Source of the DNA: Bdellovibrionota bacterium
GTDB lineage: Bacteria; Bdellovibrionota; UBA1018; CAUJDS01
Direction: 5' to 3'
Assembly (NCBI GenBank): GCA_963169695.1
Contig: CAUJDS010000076.1
Coordinates: 14,452-46,451 of the forward strand
DNA length: 32,000 bases
Made by a program: the position numbers and the translations under genes. This document shows, piece after piece, positions 9,288 through 16,120 of this stretch (positions are counted from its first letter, which is position 1; each line of letters opens with the position of its first letter). The notes below the pieces were generated by a model. The model was given only the letters and a program-made list of their open reading frames with translations, was not told where the DNA came from and ran no database searches.

Positions 9288-9348
9288 AACGCGAGGAGCA
9301 GACGATTTTTTCATCTCCCGAAGGACAATCCCTCTTGAGACAATACAC

Positions 9349-9375
9349 TGATCGGCTGCGTTACTGAATACTTGA
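9349..9375 (-). promoter_or_regulatory. Sigma-28-like promoter of the first flagellin gene
   Basis: Minus strand TCAA-N15-GCCGATCA compared with TAAA-N15-GCCGATAA. Confidence 0.7.
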
Positions 9376-9428
9376 GTATTATGGTATTATTTAACAATTG
9401 ACCCAAGGTCCTGAAATAAAAAGGTTTC

Positions 9429-9465
9429 CTGGAGCGAAGTTCCTTGGGGAAGCTCCGCTCCAGGA
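9429..9465 (-). terminator. Rho-independent terminator of the second flagellin gene
   Basis: Perfect 9-bp stem CCTGGAGCG (9429-9437) / CGCTCCAGG (9457-9465) followed on the minus strand by AAACCTTTTTATTT; 18 nt past the flagellin stop. Confidence 0.75.
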
Positions 9466-9483
9466 TCCCAGTACTCTGATGGC

Positions 9484-10314
9484 TTAGATTAGCTTGAGAG
9501 CTAACTGACTATTGGCGTTCGCTTGACCGAGGACCGACGTACCAGCGTTAGCAAGAATGTTATTCTTGGTAAGCTCAGATACTTCAGACGCGATGTCGGC
9601 ATCATAGATGCGACTTCGGGCAGCGGACAAGTTTTCGTCATAGATCTTCAAGTTGTTGATGCTCGACTCTAATCGATTCTGAAGTGCACCCAGGTGAGCG
9701 CGGTTTTCAGAAAGTTTAGAGATCGACTTGTCGATCATGTCTAGGTTGTTTTGAGCAGACTCTTTCGTTAGTGCCGAGACATCGGAGAGTCCCAGTGACT
9801 CAAGTCCGGTCTGTGTCTCAGTCGTATTGTAGACGAAGCGGTCATGCTCTGGGTTGTTATGTGTACCCACTTGGATTTCAACAATACCACCTTCACCCGA
9901 AAGCAAGGCACGGCCGTTGAATTCCGTCGTCTTAGAGATACGATCCACTTCATTCTTCAACTGCTGAACCTCCTTGTCGACAAAGCCTCGCTCGGTGTCG
10001 CCAATCGTGTCAGAAGCAGCCTGAATAGAAAGCTCTCTGAAACGAATCAGAATATTTCCAACTTCGTTGAGGCCCCCTTCAGCTACTTGAACCATCGATA
10101 CGCCGTCTTGGGCGTTTCGAACGTCCTGACGAATCGAACGAACTTGCGCTCGCATTGTTTCAGAAATCGCCAAGCCAGCGGCATCGTCAGCAGCTCGAGT
10201 AATTCGAGCACCTGATGCCAATCGCTCTTGAGTACGACCAACTTGATTGTTGGTGTTACCAAGATGACGCTGCGCAGCAATTGACTGCGTATTTGTCGCA
10301 ATTCTCATTCCCAT
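9484..10314 (-). CDS. fliC: Flagellin (second paralogue)
   Basis: MGMRIATNTQSIAAQRHLGNTNNQVGRTQERLASGARITRAADDAAGLAISETMRAQVRS; C-terminal SRIYDADIASEVSELTKNNIL; start moved to the ATG at 10312-10314 because GGAG lies 5 nt upstream (track start 10320 is a GTG too close to the RBS). Confidence 0.97.
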   Translation of the reverse strand: MGMRIATNTQSIAAQRHLGNTNNQVGRTQERLASGARITRAADDAAGLAISETMRAQVRSIRQDVRNAQDGVSMVQVAEGGLNEVGNILIRFRELSIQAASDTIGDTERGFVDKEVQQLKNEVDRISKTTEFNGRALLSGEGGIVEIQVGTHNNPEHDRFVYNTTETQTGLESLGLSDVSALTKESAQNNLDMIDKSISKLSENRAHLGALQNRLESSINNLKIYDENLSAARSRIYDADIASEVSELTKNNILANAGTSVLGQANANSQLALKLI

Positions 10315-10421
10315 ACACACTCCTATAAAGAAGTATACATACCAAATTACTTTGGTATATTTACTATTTGTTTCGATAATTTACTGGATATGCTGTACCC
10401 AGAAAAACCATCTTGTTGACT

Positions 10422-10448
10422 ATTTCGGTATGTTACTAAGAAACTTTA
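10422..10448 (-). promoter_or_regulatory. Sigma-28-like promoter of the second flagellin gene
   Basis: Minus strand TAAAGTTT-N11-ACCGAAAT compared with TAAAGTTT-N11-GCCGATAA: perfect extended -35, 5/8 -10. Confidence 0.6.
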
Positions 10449-10477
10449 GACTATTTTAGTATGGTATTAGGATCGGA

Positions 10478-11278
10478 CTAGAGATCAGAGAACTCGGGGT
10501 CAATTTCTAAGCCTGCTTCGACATCCCAGTTGGTATCGAATTCATCGACCGGATCCTGGGCCATTGCCGAGCCGGAAGTAGGACTAGGCGCTGCAACCCT
10601 AGCTGGAGCCACAGGGGTCGGCTCTGCCATTACTGGAACACGAAGCCCGTACTTCTCAAGCACTGACCCGGTCTGTTCAGCTGGCCGTCTCCAAATCGAA
10701 GAAGGATCTGGGCCCGTCTCAACTAGAAGCGCGGTCATATCAGGCGAAAGCGTTAGTGACTGGTAGAAAACTTGTTCACTCAATTTGCGATACTCGTGGA
10801 TCGCCCAACGAAGGTAACGAGTGTCTTGAAATTCCTTCTGAAATGCTCGAGCAGTAGGAATCAAGGTGCTAAACGCCGACAAAACCTGTTTCTGCTTTTC
10901 GAGTATAGATTCCGTTTTTTCTAGCGAGGTGTGCAACTGCCTAAGGCCATCATAAAAGCACCAGTGCGCCTTGACGGGTTCATCAGCCACCCACTCCAGG
11001 GCACCTCGATCTCTTTCGTCCCGACTGACGGTTTTCTCATTGAGTGTCTGGAGCACTTTCTCACACCCCTTCCAGACGTCCGGACTAGGGACGTCTGGGC
11101 CTAGGAATACCGCTTCCAGATCAGCCCACTCATACCCAGAAGGATGACGCACTCCGGCAATTTCCGGGACCACCGGAAGTGGCTCTAATGGCGGAACTTC
11201 CTTCGTAGTCGAGCAAGACGCTATGGTAAATCCAATGCTCATCATCAGGAACAATCTAGCAATTTCAGATAGATACAT
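10478..11278 (-). CDS. Putative lipoprotein of unknown function, likely flagellar/motility regulon
   Basis: MYLSEIARLFLMMSIGFTIASCSTTKEVPP: signal peptide plus lipobox; start assigned at 11278 because the sigma-28 -10 box ends just upstream of the annotated 11299 start. Confidence 0.65.
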   Translation of the reverse strand: MYLSEIARLFLMMSIGFTIASCSTTKEVPPLEPLPVVPEIAGVRHPSGYEWADLEAVFLGPDVPSPDVWKGCEKVLQTLNEKTVSRDERDRGALEWVADEPVKAHWCFYDGLRQLHTSLEKTESILEKQKQVLSAFSTLIPTARAFQKEFQDTRYLRWAIHEYRKLSEQVFYQSLTLSPDMTALLVETGPDPSSIWRRPAEQTGSVLEKYGLRVPVMAEPTPVAPARVAAPSPTSGSAMAQDPVDEFDTNWDVEAGLEIDPEFSDL

Positions 11279-11300
11279 TGTTCGTACCATTTCAGTCAAC

Positions 11301-11328
11301 TTATCGGCAAAACCTTGACGCAGATTGA
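11301..11328 (-). promoter_or_regulatory. Sigma-28-like promoter for the lipoprotein gene
   Basis: Perfect GCCGATAA -10 on the minus strand (plus TTATCGGC at 11301-11308) with TCAA 16 nt upstream. Confidence 0.65.
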
Positions 11329-11348
11329 GCTTAACTAGGTTGCGGGAC

Positions 11349-11375
11349 TCAAGCCCCCGGCCAAAAAGCCGAAAA
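11349..11375 (+). promoter_or_regulatory. Sigma-28-like promoter for the rotor/stator-like operon
   Basis: TCAA-N15-GCCGAAAA, same -35 tetramer and spacing as the first flagellin promoter; 36 nt upstream of the 11412 start. Confidence 0.55.
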
Positions 11376-11411
11376 GTCTAATGAGGACAAAAGGATAATG
11401 AAGGTGCCTCG

Positions 11412-12599
11412 ATGATGTTTTTCAAAATGAACGTCGCAAGCGGTGCGAAAATTTCTCTCTTTTTTGGGATGGCGGTATTCCTTTTGCACCTCTTTGCCTA
11501 CGCTGGCGACGACACAAGCCCCGCAATTAATCCTCCAGCGGAAGAACAACAACTTCCAAAATCCGAGGGAGCAAAATCGCAACTGAAAGCTCCAGCAACC
11601 AGTACTCACAGCAGAAATTTCTATCAAGTCCTGGAAGATGTACTTGGGGATTTTGAGTACGACCTCAACAATGGGCAAGTCCAAGGCCTAAAGGGGCTCG
11701 CGATACGCTCTATTGCCACCAGTGAAAACGTACCACCTTCATTCAAAGACCACATTGACCTCTTGATCAAAGAACGCGTTTTGAGTTCAACCAAGAACAA
11801 GATCATTAATTGCATTCAGTGTCGTTCTCAAAATGCCGTACTCAACGGAGACCAAGTTACCATCTCATCTCCGCAATCCAATCCTGCAGAGCTCAATCGG
11901 ATTGCCAAACAAATGGGCATCGATCACTTCATGGACGTCGCATTTGCCTACCAACCGAATGGCCTCATTTTATCGCTCAGTATTTCTGAAACGGACGGCA
12001 GTGATTCCGTGATTTGGTCACGAAGTTACAACTCTGAAACCTCGCGAGCGTCAGCATTTCGAAGAGGGGTTGACTACAACCAACTCGACGAAGCCAGAAA
12101 GAGCGTTGAGTACCAGCCGACCGTAGTGTATCGCCCAACGCTTTACTACCTCTTTGAGAACGATACGACGGGTTACGTGGGCACACTGGGCTTCGCTTTC
12201 CGAATGGTGGAACGCTATGACAACCGCAAAAAAGAAGTGGGATTTGAACTGAACTACCTCATGGACAGCGGATCTCTTGTCGGAAGCACGAGCACTTCTG
12301 ACTCTGTTTTTCGCAGCTTCAATATTACGCTCTTATTTGTTCATTCCTGGAATTTGATCGGTGACGTTGAATCTTACAATCAGGTGAGAGGCAGCGTCTT
12401 CACTGCAGTAGGAGGCACTTACGGATCAGGTTTCCTTGGAGCAGTTGTTCGTGGTGGATATGAGTGGCGCCTAGGCAAGCATTGGGCAGTGCAGGGTCTT
12501 TTGGGGTACCGTCCACAGGCTTCAAAATTTCTAAACGGGGTAGCATCTGGGTCCGTTTCTGGCTTTGAATTCGGAGTGGGGATCAGTGCACTGTACTAA
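11412..12599 (+). CDS. Predicted exported protein: N-terminal soluble domain (possibly CsgG/FlgO-like) plus C-terminal outer-membrane beta-barrel-like domain
   Basis: Signal peptide ...ISLFFGMAVFLLHLFAYA; alternating amphipathic glycine/aromatic segments in the C-terminal half ending in ...SGFEFGVGISALY. Confidence 0.6.
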   Translation: MMFFKMNVASGAKISLFFGMAVFLLHLFAYAGDDTSPAINPPAEEQQLPKSEGAKSQLKAPATSTHSRNFYQVLEDVLGDFEYDLNNGQVQGLKGLAIRSIATSENVPPSFKDHIDLLIKERVLSSTKNKIINCIQCRSQNAVLNGDQVTISSPQSNPAELNRIAKQMGIDHFMDVAFAYQPNGLILSLSISETDGSDSVIWSRSYNSETSRASAFRRGVDYNQLDEARKSVEYQPTVVYRPTLYYLFENDTTGYVGTLGFAFRMVERYDNRKKEVGFELNYLMDSGSLVGSTSTSDSVFRSFNITLLFVHSWNLIGDVESYNQVRGSVFTAVGGTYGSGFLGAVVRGGYEWRLGKHWAVQGLLGYRPQASKFLNGVASGSVSGFEFGVGISALY

Positions 12600-13299
12600 G
12601 AAGATCATACTCGCACTCAAGCTCTTCGGACTTTACGCACTTGGCGCCACAGCATGCTCGTCTATCCTAAGTTCATCCGATGATGGACAAGCTGGCGCAC
12701 CGATAGACAATCCTTTTGGAAATTTTTATGAGGAATCCAATAAATCCAATCAGGGCGTCATTTTGCGCTCCCGCAAAGGGGCTCAGACCGTCGAAGTAGA
12801 ACTCCCAAAAGAAGGCCACGACCGTACAAACTTTGTCATACCTATGACTGCCGGATCTTTTCAACCACCGGCCAACCAAACGGCTAGTGCCCAAAACTAT
12901 TCTCATTACCGCTCCGGCCTATCCGACCGAGAAATTGCCGGGACTTTTCCAAAAGGAAGCCCCGAGCAAGTCCAAAAACGTTCTGAAATGGAACGAGATT
13001 TGGGTCTTATTCCTTCTCAGAATGATTCTCCAACCAACGATCAAAGCTATTTGGGATCCATCGATCAAGTGAAGATTCTGTATCGTCAGGGCCGGTACGA
13101 GGCTGGCCTTATTGAAATTGACCAGATACTGCGCCGCTATCCAACGGATCCGAGACTGCACGAAATGCGTGGCACTCTTTTGGATCGAATGGGCCAAAAG
13201 GAACTGGCCCGACAAGCTTGGAATCAGTCCTTAGAACTTGAACCCAATAACGAAGGACTCAAGAGATTTCTCACTCGTAGAATTGCGAGCAAACCATGA
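12586..13299 (+). CDS. TPR-containing lipoprotein
   Basis: ALKLFGLYALGATACSS lipobox; TPR-like IKILYRQGRYEAGLIEIDQILRRYPTDPRLHEMRGTLLDRMGQKELARQAWNQSLELEPNN (first residues read DQVKILYRQ...); start assigned to a GTG preceded by GGGGA rather than the upstream ATG at 12565. Confidence 0.6.
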   Translation: MHCTKKIILALKLFGLYALGATACSSILSSSDDGQAGAPIDNPFGNFYEESNKSNQGVILRSRKGAQTVEVELPKEGHDRTNFVIPMTAGSFQPPANQTASAQNYSHYRSGLSDREIAGTFPKGSPEQVQKRSEMERDLGLIPSQNDSPTNDQSYLGSIDQVKILYRQGRYEAGLIEIDQILRRYPTDPRLHEMRGTLLDRMGQKELARQAWNQSLELEPNNEGLKRFLTRRIASKP

Positions 13300-15608
13300 A
13301 GATAAGAAATCTAGTTTCGCTTCTTGTGGCGTCCATGCTAATTTCTTCCACTTCATTCGCAACACCAGAAGCATCGCTTGAAGCACTCAATCTCAAGACC
13401 AATGACGAGGTTTTGAAAATCATAAAACCTCTCATGGATAAGTACTGCAAGGACAGCTGCCAGGTACTCAGCGCAAAGCCTGAAATTAAACTTCAAGACA
13501 CCGAAGAAACCGCACCCGGATTTGATGAAATCGCGCCACAGGAAGCCCTCAATTACAAGCCAGCCCTGGTGACTGTAGATGTTCTGGTAGATGAAATTGT
13601 AGGTCAAGTCACCCTTTCGCATCTTTTTGGTATCATACAAGAACACCTGAGCATACTTCCGTACCCTGTTATCTTGAATGAAAGGCGCAAGAAATTCCCG
13701 CAACCCTTGACGTCTGTTCAAAAAATGGCGGAACTGCGCAATAAAGTGGCCACGGACTTTCGGCAGAAAATTGAAGAGCTTTTTCGTGAATTCTGTCCGA
13801 AACAATGTATTCTGGCAGACCTAGATGTTTCATTGCAACAGCGCAATTTAGAAGAAGCCCAATACAACGCTAGCGGAGAATACATTACGGACGGAGATAC
13901 CTCTGCCAAGATCAATAAAATTTCCGGCCAAATTCTCTTCGATACGACCCTTACTCCGGATGAACAAACCGCCATCTTCGAAATGGCTCAACTCAAAACT
14001 AATTCCTACAAAAGCGTCAATCTTCAAGCAAAGAGCCGCTCTTTTCCCCATCCCGAACCCTATTCGGAAGATGGTTCGAATTTGGCATATGGTCGCATGG
14101 GCGGCAAGTACAGAGGATTGAGTTCGCAAGAGAGCAAGACTCAGAAGTCTGACTCAAAGAATTCTCAGCAGACGGATCGCAGGCTTTCTTCTTCGAGCAA
14201 TAACTCTCAGACGAATCAATCCAACAGTAAGACATCACAAGAATCCCAATTCAATAAAACTCAAAACGAAAGTGCCGAGAAATCCGAAAGTTATCAACGT
14301 ACTGAGCGAATTGAGCGAGTTGAAAGTGGCGACGCGGTTCAGGCCGAATTGAAGCGGCTTTCTGTATGGGGAGTCATCTTTGCGTGTTCAGTGCTTTCTC
14401 TTCTCATCTTTATAGCATTGGCCACCTATGCACCACGATCCAAGAAATCGAGCGAAAATTCACTTCTGCAGTGGATCCAAAAGTCGCCTAAAGGATCAAA
14501 AGAGCAGCTACCAGCCAAGACTGGGCCTAAGTCATCCAATGATTCCATTGCGCGTCGCTACGAAATTGACAACCTCATAGATGAATTGACTAGGATCTTT
14601 GCAGAACATCCCAAGGTTGCCAAGCACGCCTTCACTAGAGTTCTCACGGAAGAAGGAGTCGAAATCACAGCCGCCTATATATCAATCTTGGGCGAAAGCA
14701 TCGTACTTGATCTCCTCAAGGATCCCAGCCTGCAGAATGACGTCAATGAACTCACCGAATACTACGCTAAGAACACGCTGGAATTGAAAGACGAAGATAA
14801 ACTCGAGCTGCTCAAGAAGCTTCACAATCGTGCAATTGCATCTAAGCTTCAAGTGATTGGCAATCGCTCTTCTAACGCATTTGATTTCTTAGTGGAGATG
14901 GACGGCCTTCAAATTCTTGAAATGATTCAGAATGAATCCCTTACAGTAAAGGCAATCGTACTAACTCAATGTGATACGCAAAAGCGAGCTATTATCTACT
15001 CACACTGGGACGACGACGCTCGCGCCAAGATTCTAAAAGAATTATCTCGAATTGATCACCTTCCTCGAAATTATATTTATAACGTTTCTAATGCTCTACG
15101 TCGAAAGCGGCAAGACAATCCTCGCCTCAATACCGAGGCCCTTCCTGGTTCCGAAGTACTGGTGGGCCTATTAGAAAAGTCTTCCTTTGGGCAGCAACAA
15201 CAAGTCGTGATGGACCTAGAACAGAACAATCCTGAGAGTGCACGCGTACTCAAGAGCAAACTTGTTAGCATCGACACGCTACGCTACCTCCGCGACTCCC
15301 AGTTGCTCGAAGTCGTGCTCAGTCTCAAACACGAGGAGCTGCTTGCATTCCTCAAGGGCGCACCAGACCATATTCGCAAAACCATATTTGACAAGTCACC
15401 CAAAGATTTGGCCGAGGAAATTCAGGATGAGTTGACCATGGTCAGTCCGCTCAACCGCGACACCTACCAGGTAGTGGAACGTAAGATTCTCAATCGGGTA
15501 CGCCTCATGGCAAACGACGGACTCATCAATCTCATTGAAACCAACGAACGCATGTTTGCCGAAAGTCCCGCCAACCATGCCGGAGCTAGGAGGGCCGCAG
15601 GATGGTAG
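13296..15608 (+). CDS. Membrane-anchored FliG-like protein: signal peptide, periplasmic region, S/N/Q-rich linker, one TM helix, cytoplasmic FliG middle- and C-terminal-like domains (FliF-FliG-fusion-like architecture)
   Basis: 770 aa; TM helix about residues 356-377; FliG_M-like FDFLVEMDGLQILEMIQNESLTVKAIVLTQCDTQKRAIIYSHWDDDARAKILKELSRI; FliG_C-like LKSKLVSIDTLRYLRDSQLLEVVLSLKHEELLAFLKGAPDHIRKTIFDKSPKDLAEEIQDELTMVSPLNRDTYQVVERKILNRVRLMANDGLI. Confidence 0.75.
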   Translation: MKIRNLVSLLVASMLISSTSFATPEASLEALNLKTNDEVLKIIKPLMDKYCKDSCQVLSAKPEIKLQDTEETAPGFDEIAPQEALNYKPALVTVDVLVDEIVGQVTLSHLFGIIQEHLSILPYPVILNERRKKFPQPLTSVQKMAELRNKVATDFRQKIEELFREFCPKQCILADLDVSLQQRNLEEAQYNASGEYITDGDTSAKINKISGQILFDTTLTPDEQTAIFEMAQLKTNSYKSVNLQAKSRSFPHPEPYSEDGSNLAYGRMGGKYRGLSSQESKTQKSDSKNSQQTDRRLSSSSNNSQTNQSNSKTSQESQFNKTQNESAEKSESYQRTERIERVESGDAVQAELKRLSVWGVIFACSVLSLLIFIALATYAPRSKKSSENSLLQWIQKSPKGSKEQLPAKTGPKSSNDSIARRYEIDNLIDELTRIFAEHPKVAKHAFTRVLTEEGVEITAAYISILGESIVLDLLKDPSLQNDVNELTEYYAKNTLELKDEDKLELLKKLHNRAIASKLQVIGNRSSNAFDFLVEMDGLQILEMIQNESLTVKAIVLTQCDTQKRAIIYSHWDDDARAKILKELSRIDHLPRNYIYNVSNALRRKRQDNPRLNTEALPGSEVLVGLLEKSSFGQQQQVVMDLEQNNPESARVLKSKLVSIDTLRYLRDSQLLEVVLSLKHEELLAFLKGAPDHIRKTIFDKSPKDLAEEIQDELTMVSPLNRDTYQVVERKILNRVRLMANDGLINLIETNERMFAESPANHAGARRAAGW

Positions 15609-16120
15609 GCACTTCAGAAGGAAAACCAACCTTAGAGATCCTGAAAAATATTCAGCTCTTTAAGGTTTTTACTGATTCGGAACTTCAACAGCTCCTTGCC
15701 ATGGGACAATCTGAATCGCACCAATCGTATTCTAATATTGTGATCGAGGGAGAGCTATCCTGGAGCCTCTATCTCATTCTCCAAGGCACCGTCGGCATCT
15801 TCAAGACTAATCCGCTTAGCGAGAACTCTTATGATATTGGCCAACTCAAAGAGGGAAGCTTCTTTGGCGAAATGTCTCTGGTCGATGAGAATGGCCGCTC
15901 AGCGACTGTAAGAGCACTAACCGATTGCGTTGTGTTTGTCATATCCAAGGAAGCATTTTCTACTTTTCTCAATAGCTCCACTGAACGACGTACTCGATTT
16001 TACGAAAAATGCATCAAGACTCTGGTCGATCGACTCCGAGAACTGAACGATGGATATGTGATCAGTCAGTATCAACTCTGGAAATCGGCGCTAAAAAAAG
16101 ATTCCGAGGAGGCCGCCTAA
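15602..16120 (+). CDS. Cyclic nucleotide-binding (Crp-like cNMP) domain protein without an evident DNA-binding domain
   Basis: ILKNIQLFKVFTDSELQQLLAMG...IVIEGELSWSLYLILQGTVGIFKT...IGQLKEGSFFGEMSLVDENGRSATVRALTDCVVFVISKEAF; 172 aa. Confidence 0.88.
   Translation: MVGTSEGKPTLEILKNIQLFKVFTDSELQQLLAMGQSESHQSYSNIVIEGELSWSLYLILQGTVGIFKTNPLSENSYDIGQLKEGSFFGEMSLVDENGRSATVRALTDCVVFVISKEAFSTFLNSSTERRTRFYEKCIKTLVDRLRELNDGYVISQYQLWKSALKKDSEEAA

Noticed and set aside
9148-9348. 66-aa ORF upstream of flagellin on the minus strand
   Set aside because: Cys/Ser/Arg-rich composition with no recognisable domain; its start lies at or before the predicted sigma-28 TSS, so it would not be fully contained in the leader transcript.
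10470-10495. Alternative sigma-28 -10 (TCCGATCC) upstream of the second flagellin
   Set aside because: There is no TAAA/TCAA-like element at 14-16 nt; the TAAAGTTT-N11-ACCGAAAT site at 10422-10448 fits better.
11357-11371. Short inverted repeat CGGCCAAAAAGCCG as an operator or terminator
   Set aside because: A 4-bp stem that coincides with the predicted sigma-28-like -10/spacer; it is explained adequately by the promoter.
13718-14238. Overlapping antisense ORFs inside the rotor-like gene
   Set aside because: Shadow ORFs of a long coding frame with no protein family features; the same applies to antisense ORFs at 2047-2329, 3471-3677, 5552-6146, 7071-7922, 8439-8755, 15077-15629 and 17148-17714.
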